From Candidatus Elulimicrobium sp. (GTDB lineage: Bacteria; Omnitrophota; Gorgyraeia; Zapsychrales; Fredricksoniimonadaceae), in NCBI GenBank assembly GCA_020720365.1, contig DYOU01000005.1:1-62132 (forward strand): 62,132 nucleotides of DNA, in the 5' to 3' direction. The position numbers and the translations under genes were made by a program. The notes below the pieces were generated by a model that did not search any database, was not told the origin of the DNA, and was given only the letters and a program-made list of their open reading frames with translations. Positions 1 to 7,902 of this stretch are shown piece after piece. The first letter of the stretch is position 1; each line of letters begins with the position of its first letter.

Positions 1-95
1 GCGGAATTTTGTTTTAAAGTTGTTTTTGTTGCAGTTCTAATTCGGAGTTCGGGATGTAACATACCCATCTTTTATTTTCCTTCAATTCTCAATCG

Positions 96-104
96 TGTTA
101 TAAT
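96..104 (+). promoter_or_regulatory. putative extended -10 promoter element (TGtTATAAT) of the ExeA-like gene, implying a near-leaderless mRNA
   Basis: TGTTATAAT lies at 96-104, only 9 nt upstream of the ATG at 114. The intervening ccacctact has no Shine-Dalgarno. No convincing -35 was seen. Confidence 0.35.
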
Positions 105-113
105 CCACCTACT

Positions 114-914
114 ATGTATAAACAATTCTACGGTTTTAAAGAGAACGCCTTCAATATTACTTCTGACCCCGAGTTCTATTTTGAGAGCTCAAGCCATAAA
201 GAAGCCTATTCTCATCTGCTTTACGGCATCAAAAGCCGCAAAGGCATCATCTGCCTCACCGGAGAAGTTGGCACTGGCAAAACAACTCTCTGCCGGATAC
301 TCCTGAATACGATCAACGAACGCATCAGGACCGCCTTCATCCTTAACCCGAATTTCTCCCAACTTCAGCTCTTGCAGCTCATTACCAAAGACCTGGGGAT
401 ACCCGTCAAAAGCAACAAGCTGGACCTGATCAATGCCTTAAATGAATTCCTTATCGACCAAACCCAACAAGGGCATAATGTCGCTGTCATTATTGATGAA
501 TCCCAAAACCTAAACACTCTTCAACTTGAACAAATACGGCTCTTATCCAATCTGGAAACAGAGAAACAGAAACTCCTTCAGATCATCCTTGTCGGACAGC
601 CGGAACTTCTGGGAAAATTACAGAAACCATCCCTGCGTCAGTTGAACTCGCGGATTGGCGTACGCTTTCATATACAGCCGCTTGAAAAAGAAGAAACACG
701 TACATATATCCAGCATCGGCTGAATATTGCAGGAGCTCCTAAGAAGCTGAAATTTACAAATGAAGCTGTGGCGGCTATTCATCATTCGTCCAAAGGAACT
801 CCCCGACTCATTAATATCCTCTGCGAGCATGCCCTGCTGGCCGGATTTGTCAACGAAACTTATACAATCGACGACTCCATCATACGAGCCGCCGCCAAAG
901 AAGCCCTCCTATGA
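114..914 (+). CDS. ExeA/GspA/MshM-like AAA+ ATPase (secretin or pilus assembly accessory)
   Basis: The N-terminus MYKQFYGFKENAFNITSDPEFYF is typical of ExeA. Walker A is LTGEVGTGKTTLCR and Walker B is VIIDESQNL. No peptidoglycan-binding C-terminal domain is present. Confidence 0.85.
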   Translation: MYKQFYGFKENAFNITSDPEFYFESSSHKEAYSHLLYGIKSRKGIICLTGEVGTGKTTLCRILLNTINERIRTAFILNPNFSQLQLLQLITKDLGIPVKSNKLDLINALNEFLIDQTQQGHNVAVIIDESQNLNTLQLEQIRLLSNLETEKQKLLQIILVGQPELLGKLQKPSLRQLNSRIGVRFHIQPLEKEETRTYIQHRLNIAGAPKKLKFTNEAVAAIHHSSKGTPRLINILCEHALLAGFVNETYTIDDSIIRAAAKEALL

Positions 915-1513
915 GCATCATTCATGACGCTTTAAAAAAAGTCCAAACAAACACCCCTGCAGGGTCAAATTTCTCAGAAAATATTCAACGGCCAGATCCG
1001 ACACATAATACTATCCTCCCAAATATCTCTACCGACGGAGCTAAACGTTCTCTGACAGTCTTTATGGCCGCCGTCTTGTCGATTGCTGTCATCGTCATCT
1101 TTGCCATTCTTTACCAATTTGCTTTCGCTACAACAGAACATTCTAAAAAGAAACTACTCACCACTGACATGACGGAAGCTGTCCCAAAACCTCACGTCAT
1201 TGCTCCTAAGATAATACCTCAAATTCTCGTCAAACCAGTCCCATCCGTTCAACAAATACCATCGGCTATAATCGATCATCCCCTACCTGTCGTCCAACAA
1301 CCTCTTCCAGCAGCGACTTATGATGATATCCATATTGAAGGCGTCATGAGTATGGGCGGAAAAATGGTCGCTTTAGTAAATGGAGGTGTTTATGAGGAAG
1401 GGCAAACAGTGAACAACAAAATCATTGCCAAGATAACATTTGAGAATATTACTGTTTTTATGCTTGAGAACGGCGAAAAGAAGATCCTCGCCATCAGGCC
1501 TGCGAACCGATAA
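911..1513 (+). CDS. membrane-anchored GspB/ExeB-like partner protein
   Basis: It overlaps the ExeA-like gene by a 4-nt ATGA. It has one TM helix (LTVFMAAVLSIAVIVIFAILYQFAF), a Pro/Val/Gln-rich linker, and a C-terminal IHIEGVMSMGGKMVALVNGGVYEEGQTV segment resembling the GspB C-terminal domain. Confidence 0.5.
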   Translation: MSIIHDALKKVQTNTPAGSNFSENIQRPDPTHNTILPNISTDGAKRSLTVFMAAVLSIAVIVIFAILYQFAFATTEHSKKKLLTTDMTEAVPKPHVIAPKIIPQILVKPVPSVQQIPSAIIDHPLPVVQQPLPAATYDDIHIEGVMSMGGKMVALVNGGVYEEGQTVNNKIIAKITFENITVFMLENGEKKILAIRPANR

Positions 1514-1546
1514 AGACCGCTTCGATCCAATCCAACCAAAAAAATA

Positions 1547-2632
1547 TTATATCAACTCGTGAACAGCTCTCATGATCATGGATAAAGGAACCCCCTGCTT
1601 AACAACAACGCTTCCGATCGCCTGACACAGGACGAATCGATTCTGCTTGCCTGAGAACTTCTTATCGAACCGCATGGCACGGATGATAGCCCGTTGCGAG
1701 AGCCCTTCGATCTGATCCGGCAAACCAACTGCCGACAATAAAGTCTCCACCCTCTCCGACTCCAAGAACGTCATTAATTTCATCTGGCATGAAATGGAAC
1801 AGGCCGCCCGCATCCCCAACGCAACGGCTTCCCCATGATAATACTTCTCATATCCCGCCGCTGTTTCAATCGCATGCCCCAGCGTATGCCCAAAATTCAA
1901 AATAGTGCGTAAGCCCTTGGTCTCCCTCTCATCTCGCTCAACAATGCGAGCTTTGATCAACGCACTCGACCATACCACCTCAGCCAAAGACTGAGGATCC
2001 CCTCCAACAAGCTTCTTGAAATTTTTCTCGAGATATTCAAACAATTTGACATCTTTAATCGCGCCATATTTAATCACTTCCGCCAGGCCATTACGAAGCT
2101 GTCTGTCAGGAAGAGTCGCTAATAAAGAGGTATCCGCAACTACCAGCCTGGGCTGATAAAATGTTCCTGCCAGATTCTTCCCCTGAGGCAGATCAACCGC
2201 GACCTTACCTCCGATCGAAGAATCCACCTGTGCCAACAACGTTGTCGGAACCTGAACAAAAGGAATTCCCCGTTTATAAACAGCCGCCACAAAACCTGCC
2301 AGATCTCCCACAACCCCTCCGCCAAAAGCAATAATGAACGGCCGTTTATCCGCCGCATACTCCGCAATCTTACCCACCAGATCGAATGCAACTGCAACAG
2401 ATTTACTCTTTTCAGAATCCTGAACTTCATAAAATTTGACCGAAAAACCTTTATCCAAAAGCAGCGAAGCCAAGGCGCGTCCATGCAGCCTTCGCACCAA
2501 AGGATTCGTAATAACCACCGCATCATTGCTCAACCCCTGATTCTTTAAAAGCTTCGGAAGAGATGCTAAAACGCCAGCCCCAACAACGATTGGATACGAA
2601 TTAGCTTTTAATCTCAGAATAATCTTCTTCAT
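1547..2632 (-). CDS. aroB: 3-dehydroquinate synthase
   Basis: Motifs GGGVVGDLAGFVAAVYKRGIPFVQVPTTLLAQVDSSIGGKVAVD and NFGHTLGHAIE. Length is 361 aa. Confidence 0.95.
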   Translation of the reverse strand: MKKIILRLKANSYPIVVGAGVLASLPKLLKNQGLSNDAVVITNPLVRRLHGRALASLLLDKGFSVKFYEVQDSEKSKSVAVAFDLVGKIAEYAADKRPFIIAFGGGVVGDLAGFVAAVYKRGIPFVQVPTTLLAQVDSSIGGKVAVDLPQGKNLAGTFYQPRLVVADTSLLATLPDRQLRNGLAEVIKYGAIKDVKLFEYLEKNFKKLVGGDPQSLAEVVWSSALIKARIVERDERETKGLRTILNFGHTLGHAIETAAGYEKYYHGEAVALGMRAACSISCQMKLMTFLESERVETLLSAVGLPDQIEGLSQRAIIRAMRFDKKFSGKQNRFVLCQAIGSVVVKQGVPLSMIMRAVHELI

Positions 2633-3252
2633 TTCAACCCCATTAAAATGGCCGCCCCATAAATAAACGGATTTAGAAAATTCAGCATCCCCATATTAAG
2701 CATCACGATCACCAGCACAAAACCAAAAGGCTCCAGCGCAAAATAACTCTTTTCCCAGCTCGCGGGAATAAACCCAGCCACAATCCTTGATCCATCGAGC
2801 GGCGGAACAGGCAGTAAATTAAAGACCGCCAAGGCAAGATTAAGCAATACCGCTGATACCAGAACCTTCTCCCCGAGCGCTGAAAGATGCATGGCGACAA
2901 CGATCTGTGTAAAAATAAACGCCATGACAATATTGATAGCAGGCCCTGCCAGCCCAACCCACATAATGTCACGCTTCGGATTATTCAAACGGCCGAAATT
3001 GATCGGCACAGGTTTGGCCCAACCAAAGACCAACAACGACTGGCTCCATCCCAGAAAGTGCACAAGATACAAAAACCCAGGGACCAGGATAGTCCCCACA
3101 GGATCAATGTGGCTTATCGGGTTCAACGTCAAACGGCCCAGCCTTTTAGCTGTCGGATCTCCCAGCCGGTTTGCGACCCAGCCATGAGCAAATTCATGCA
3201 GAACAATAGCAGGTATCACAACAAGGAGAATAACAAGTACCGGTTCAATCAT
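2629..3252 (-). CDS. M50 (site-2 protease family) zinc metalloprotease, membrane protein
   Basis: HEFAHGW (HExxH) and NLLPVPPLDGSRI motifs, with several TM helices. The ORF-track start at 3471 would run through the upstream SH3 gene. The ATG at 3252 (MIEPVLVILLV) is the plausible start. There is a 4-nt overlap with aroB. Confidence 0.85.
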   Translation of the reverse strand: MIEPVLVILLVVIPAIVLHEFAHGWVANRLGDPTAKRLGRLTLNPISHIDPVGTILVPGFLYLVHFLGWSQSLLVFGWAKPVPINFGRLNNPKRDIMWVGLAGPAINIVMAFIFTQIVVAMHLSALGEKVLVSAVLLNLALAVFNLLPVPPLDGSRIVAGFIPASWEKSYFALEPFGFVLVIVMLNMGMLNFLNPFIYGAAILMGLK

Positions 3253-3265
3253 AAAAGATCCGCCT

Positions 3266-3769
3266 TTATTTCTGACCCGAAGCTGGCGCTTGTTTGGCAG
3301 GCACCCCATCACTTTTGAACGCAAGAAGCGATTCATGGATCCAACCGTAAAGCCGCCCGTCAACAGGCTTGATCCAGAGCCAGTCATCTGGTCCTCCCTG
3401 CACAATAACTTTCTGGCCCTGATCCAGTAACCCCAAAGATGTCGCCGACGGATTAGACGCCGCACGCACATTTAAATGATCTGCGGTGATTTCTCCCTGT
3501 TCGGGCGTAAGCATCCTGACATATTCTCCCTTAACGAAAGCCTTGGATCCCAACGGCAGAAAAACCTTAAACCATTGAAAACTTTTGGCGGCAACTATAA
3601 CAACCGTGCCTTTAGCCAACATAGCCACCGACTCAAAATTATTATTTTGCCCGGCACGCACGTTGACCCGGTCAGATACAGTCAATGCCGTGAAAGGAAA
3701 ACGAGCCTGCGCGAAGGCAGGCTCGGAAAGAACAAATAATAAAACCACGCAAGAAATAAACCAACGCAT
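3266..3769 (-). CDS. secreted protein with two bacterial SH3 (SH3b) repeats
   Basis: Signal peptide MRWFISCVVLLFVLSEPAFA-QA. Two repeats of the pattern (L/V)NVRA..n......(L/V)..G..V.V....WxK. Confidence 0.7.
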   Translation of the reverse strand: MRWFISCVVLLFVLSEPAFAQARFPFTALTVSDRVNVRAGQNNNFESVAMLAKGTVVIVAAKSFQWFKVFLPLGSKAFVKGEYVRMLTPEQGEITADHLNVRAASNPSATSLGLLDQGQKVIVQGGPDDWLWIKPVDGRLYGWIHESLLAFKSDGVPAKQAPASGQK

Positions 3770-3777
3770 ACGCGCCG

Positions 3778-4026
3778 TTATTTCTTGGCAGGAGCCTTAG
3801 CTCCGGCCGCAGCTTTACCGCCAGCCGCGGGTGCTGCCGCTTCTTCTTTAACTTTCTTTTTACCCGCCTTCACGCGCACAGCTTTTGTTTTCGGAAGATT
3901 GGTCACTGTACTATTGGCTGTCCACTGACCTTTCTTCATAATCTCTTTGATACGCTCAACGCGCGATAACACAGAACGTGCGGCAGCGCCGGCTTTGTCC
4001 ACTTTAAGTGATGAATGTAACGACAT
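3778..4026 (-). CDS. PVC-type small basic protein with a Lys/Ala/Pro-rich C-terminal tail
   Basis: MSLHSSLKVDK...RSVLSRVERIKEIMKKGQWT...TNLPKTK matches the small basic protein family of Chlamydiae/Verrucomicrobia/Planctomycetes as I recall it. The ATG at 4026 is preceded by AGGAG (CAGGAGATTATAAGATG). The ORF-track start at 4047 is a TTG that overlaps the upstream gene. Confidence 0.7.
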   Translation of the reverse strand: MSLHSSLKVDKAGAAARSVLSRVERIKEIMKKGQWTANSTVTNLPKTKAVRVKAGKKKVKEEAAAPAAGGKAAAGAKAPAKK

Positions 4027-4027
4027 C

Positions 4028-4621
4028 TTATAATCTCCTGACGACAAAATCCTGATAATTACTCTTTAGCTTTTTCCCGAAAACACTAGCCTCTTCCTTC
4101 TTTTGAAAATTACCCACACAAAGAACCACATGCTCTCCCTTGGGCAACACAAAAGCCTTAAACCCCTTCTTCTGCAACGTCTGCGCCTCTCTCAATGCGC
4201 TTTTTTCGGTTTTATAAGACGCAACTTGAACCGTATACCCGGTCGAAGGCTTCTTTCCGTTATCCTGAGGCTGAACAGATACGGTAGAAATCTTTTTTAC
4301 AGGCTCAGACGGTTTCACGGATGCAACAACCTGAGAGCTGACTTCACGAACAGGTTCAGACACTGATGAGACGGGAGCAGCCGCAGCCTTCTCTTCAACA
4401 ACCGAACTTGCAGAAGCCTGAAAAGCAAGCCCCTTTCCTCTCTCAACACCGAGAGAAAAGGTAAAGATGACGACCATTATACTCATGATCGAAAAAATAA
4501 CAAGGTTTTCAATACTAAGGTTAAACCTGGCAGCCATAAAGTGTGGCCGCTTCGTGTCATCCGGCGTACTGACTGAATTGGGGAAAAACTCAAACTGAGC
4601 TTCTTTATAATTTATATTCAT
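4028..4621 (-). CDS. SPOR-domain (septal peptidoglycan-binding) membrane protein
   Basis: C-terminal SPOR domain TGYTVQVASYKTEKSALREAQTLQKKGFKAFVLPKGEHVVLCVGNFQKKEEA. One TM helix (LVIFSIMSIMVVIFTFSL). The ATG at 4621 has a GGAG 9 nt upstream (8-nt spacer). Confidence 0.8.
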   Translation of the reverse strand: MNINYKEAQFEFFPNSVSTPDDTKRPHFMAARFNLSIENLVIFSIMSIMVVIFTFSLGVERGKGLAFQASASSVVEEKAAAAPVSSVSEPVREVSSQVVASVKPSEPVKKISTVSVQPQDNGKKPSTGYTVQVASYKTEKSALREAQTLQKKGFKAFVLPKGEHVVLCVGNFQKKEEASVFGKKLKSNYQDFVVRRL

Positions 4622-4706
4622 AATTATTGGCTCCGGAATCAAGAGAGAATTTTTAAACAGACGTACATATACATTCTGTAGACATACCATTACATTAATT
4701 ATACGG

Positions 4707-5777
4707 TTATTCCCGAACTGCGCACAAGTAATTTTTAAAATTTCTTTGCAAAGACAACTTTAGAAAAATATCCACGACCACAGGGTCAAACTGGGTCCCG
4801 GAATATCGCTTGATCTCGCATAATGCCTCATCGACCTTTAGTCGCTCGCGATACGGCCGCCCTTGAACCATCGATTCAAAGGCATCCACCACAGCCATGA
4901 TGCGCGCGCCAAGAGGGATTTGCCCCCCCTTCAATTTCGACGGATAACCACTGCCGTCGTATTTCTCATGCAAGTACAATACAATCGGAAGAACAGGCTT
5001 AAGAAACTCAATAGGCTTAATAAGAGCGGCACTCTTCTTCGGAAGATTGCGAATAACCTCGAACTCATCCGGCGTCAACTGGCTCTTTTTAGAAAGGACC
5101 TGAAACGGGATATCCACGGCCCCGGCATTATGCAGGACACTGGCGTAATAAAGATTATTGATACTTTCCGTATTCATATGTAATTTCCGAGCCACAGATC
5201 GCACAATCTTGAAATAGACCGAACTGTGTCCACGATAACGGTCTTTTTGTTTTTCAAAAAGAGACCGCACCAGTTTCATCGTCTCAAGCAGGATTTTCTG
5301 CTGCTGCTCCGAATACTGAAGATTACGAATAGCCGTCACCGACTGCTCCGCAAAGATCGTAAACATTTCGCGATCGTAATCATCAAACGCCGGTTCCGAT
5401 GGTTTCCGGCGAATAACGATCGCGCCGATACATTCATCGGTCACCAGTGGCATCCCCATCATCCGGCTTTCAAAAACTGAATTCCCTTGAGCCACATCCA
5501 CATCTTTCGCGCACGCTTTCTTTAACTCTTGCGGGTTAACAATCAAAATATTGATCTCATTATTAAAGACCGCGATCATCGAAAGCCGCCTGCGGTCAGG
5601 GGCCAACAGATAAATGCTTGCCGATGACGCATGCACGAACTGACAAAGAAGGCGCGTCAACCTCAATGACAACTCTTTCAGGTTAGGTGTGGAATTCACC
5701 AAACGGTACACAATATGTACCGCCGATATGATCTGCTTATACTTTTTTGTAAGGTTCGAACAGTCGTTTATATTCAT
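4707..5777 (-). CDS. GAF domain plus HD-GYP-type domain protein; the metal-ligand motifs are degenerate
   Basis: An N-terminal GAF-like region is followed by LHNAGAVDIP (canonical HDIGK) and LHEKYDGSGYP (canonical HHExxDGxGYP). It overlaps the upstream dGTPase-like gene by 41 nt. Confidence 0.85.
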   Translation of the reverse strand: MNINDCSNLTKKYKQIISAVHIVYRLVNSTPNLKELSLRLTRLLCQFVHASSASIYLLAPDRRRLSMIAVFNNEINILIVNPQELKKACAKDVDVAQGNSVFESRMMGMPLVTDECIGAIVIRRKPSEPAFDDYDREMFTIFAEQSVTAIRNLQYSEQQQKILLETMKLVRSLFEKQKDRYRGHSSVYFKIVRSVARKLHMNTESINNLYYASVLHNAGAVDIPFQVLSKKSQLTPDEFEVIRNLPKKSAALIKPIEFLKPVLPIVLYLHEKYDGSGYPSKLKGGQIPLGARIMAVVDAFESMVQGRPYRERLKVDEALCEIKRYSGTQFDPVVVDIFLKLSLQRNFKNYLCAVRE

Positions 5778-6933
5778 CTAATGCCGCCCTGTCTGTCATG
5801 GCCGCTATGTAGTTGCAGACGATTCTGTGCAACTGCTTATCGGAGTATTTAATTGTTCGGTTAAAAACATCATAAGGCAACTGTTTGGGATTCTCAATAT
5901 ACACATTAAAAAGCTCTGTAAGGATCCTTTTCGCCTTCGACGTCATCCGCTCAACCCGCCAATGCTGGTACAGCTTCTCGTTCAGAATACCTTGTAAATG
6001 CTCCCGCTCACGACGCATAACATCGGAGAAATCAACAATACGCTTTTCCTCACAATGCTCAACAGCTTCAAATGAAGCGAATCCATGTTTTTCAATCCGT
6101 GCATTCGTCGCATTCAACAAGTCTCGCACCTGCACATCAATCAGTTCTTTCACAACCTGATATTTAAACATATCCGAACCGATACCTACCCCCGGTCGAC
6201 GGACACGTTCCATCGCCCTGCGCCATAGATCACTCTCGTTAAGATCTTCAGCCGTGATACATCCCGATGTCAAGCCGTCATCCACATCATGGTTCAAATA
6301 GGCCAGTGAATCAGATTTGTCAACAACCTGCGCTTCAAGCGAACAGGCGCGCCTGCGGAGCTTGTTACGAAAATCCACATCTTCAACGATCTTCATTTCA
6401 CCTTTACGGTCATACAATGTTTCATGCTTCAATACCCCCACCAGCACTTCGACCGTCAAATTCAACCCATCAAACCCCGGATAACGCTTTTCAAATTGAG
6501 AAACGATCTCAAAGCTGCGCTGATTATGATTGAAACCATCCAGACCAACCGCCTTTAGCCGCTCATCCAGAACTTTCTCGCCAGCGTGCCCGAAAGGCGA
6601 GTGCCCCAAATCATGAGCAAGCGCAACAGCTTCAATAAGATCTTCATTCAAACAAAGGTTGCGGCCGATCGTACGGGCCAATTGAGCGACTTCAATGGTG
6701 TGGGTCAAACGAGTCCGATAGTAATCGCCTTCAAAAATAACAAAAACCTGCGTCTTGTACTCAAGCTTACGGAACGCCTCGGAATGAACCACCCGGTCAC
6801 GATCGCGCTGAAAACAGGTACGGCTGGGATGCTCCGGCTCCTGATATTGCCGTCCCCAGGAATCTCCCGCACGCATCGCGTAAGGAGCTAAAATCTCATT
6901 TTCAAGCTTTTCGATGTCCGCTCTTGTGCGCAT
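5737..6933 (-). CDS. dGTP triphosphohydrolase-like HD-domain protein
   Basis: Motifs FQRDRDRVVHSEAFRKLEYKTQVF, RTRLTHTIEVAQLAR, VALAHDLGHSPFGHAGE, and the C-terminal IAAMTDRAAL. Confidence 0.9.
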   Translation of the reverse strand: MRTRADIEKLENEILAPYAMRAGDSWGRQYQEPEHPSRTCFQRDRDRVVHSEAFRKLEYKTQVFVIFEGDYYRTRLTHTIEVAQLARTIGRNLCLNEDLIEAVALAHDLGHSPFGHAGEKVLDERLKAVGLDGFNHNQRSFEIVSQFEKRYPGFDGLNLTVEVLVGVLKHETLYDRKGEMKIVEDVDFRNKLRRRACSLEAQVVDKSDSLAYLNHDVDDGLTSGCITAEDLNESDLWRRAMERVRRPGVGIGSDMFKYQVVKELIDVQVRDLLNATNARIEKHGFASFEAVEHCEEKRIVDFSDVMRREREHLQGILNEKLYQHWRVERMTSKAKRILTELFNVYIENPKQLPYDVFNRTIKYSDKQLHRIVCNYIAAMTDRAALDEYKRLFEPYKKV

Positions 6934-7402
6934 CCATTAACCTCTTATAAACCTTATCAAGCGAGACAGGTATAACCTTTGTCCCGAATATCGCCGGCAT
7001 AAAATTTACATCACCTTTCCAGCGAGGGACAATATGCATATGCATATGCTTAGGGATACCCGCCCCTGCCGCAGCGCCCAGATTCATACCGACATTAAAT
7101 GCTTCCGGATTTATAGCCTTAGCCATAACGCCCTTCACTCTCACGACTAACTCAATCAGATCTGCCCGTTCTTCAACCGCCAGGCCTTCAAGATCAGCTA
7201 CATGGCGGTTAGGAATAACCAGTGTGTGTCCGCCACTGAAAGGGTAAATATTCAATACCGCGAAAGAATGCGCTGAACGCATGAAAATATAATGCTTCTT
7301 ATCGTCATTTTCTTTCAAGATATGACAGAAAATACAACTCTTCTTTTTCATTCCGCACTGCTCTATATACTTCTCACGCCATGGCGCCCACAATACATTC
7401 AC
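6902..7402 (-). CDS. HIT-family nucleotide hydrolase/phosphorylase (Ap4A-phosphorylase-like subgroup)
   Basis: Histidine triad HMHMHIVPRW and N-terminal LWAPWREKYI...CIFC. GTG start at 7402. It overlaps the dGTPase-like gene start by 32 nt. Confidence 0.85.
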   Translation of the reverse strand: MNVLWAPWREKYIEQCGMKKKSCIFCHILKENDDKKHYIFMRSAHSFAVLNIYPFSGGHTLVIPNRHVADLEGLAVEERADLIELVVRVKGVMAKAINPEAFNVGMNLGAAAGAGIPKHMHMHIVPRWKGDVNFMPAIFGTKVIPVSLDKVYKRLMDAHKSGHRKA

Positions 7403-7422
7403 GGTCTACATACTCCTGAAAT

Positions 7423-7902
7423 CTATTTTATTTTAACAATCGATCCTGCTACAGAATCTCCAGCAATCGTCACTATGCCATACGAACGAAATGCCGCCCG
7501 GGTCGTATCCGTCGGACTCCCTGGATTAAAATACCGAACCCCATTGATCAATTCGTTGAACGCCTGATGAGAATGGCCAAAGATCACCAGAGCAACCTTT
7601 TCTTTCTCAAAAGCAGCCTTCACTCTTTCCATCAGATTATCCGGCCCGCCTTCACCATGAAAAAGACCAATCGTAACACCTTCACATTTAAAAACCGCTT
7701 TTCGAGGGAGCACCCCCCTCAGATCAAGTCCATCCATATTGCCGTAAACCGCACGAATAGGCTTCAACCCTTCCAGCTTTTTATAAATACCAATATCACA
7801 AAAATCTCCTACATGAATAATCAGATCAGACTTTTTAATATCTTCCCAGAGCTGCGAAGGAAGGGTTTCCGAATGAGTGTCAGATATAACAATTAATTTC
7901 AT
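7423..7902 (-). CDS. YfcE/MJ0936-type metallophosphoesterase
   Basis: Calcineurin-like motifs ISDTHS, HVGDF, GNMD, GHSH and NPGS. Length is 159 aa. It has a 4-nt ATGA overlap with the upstream ATPase gene. Confidence 0.85.
   Translation of the reverse strand: MKLIVISDTHSETLPSQLWEDIKKSDLIIHVGDFCDIGIYKKLEGLKPIRAVYGNMDGLDLRGVLPRKAVFKCEGVTIGLFHGEGGPDNLMERVKAAFEKEKVALVIFGHSHQAFNELINGVRYFNPGSPTDTTRAAFRSYGIVTIAGDSVAGSIVKIK

Noticed and set aside
4698-4703. A TATAAT hexamer just downstream of the HD-GYP stop, as a possible internal promoter for the SPOR/small-basic-protein/SH3/M50/aroB genes.
   Set aside because: There is no acceptable -35 (TGTGCG at 17 nt) and no TGn extension. A lone hexamer in AT-rich DNA is not sufficient support.
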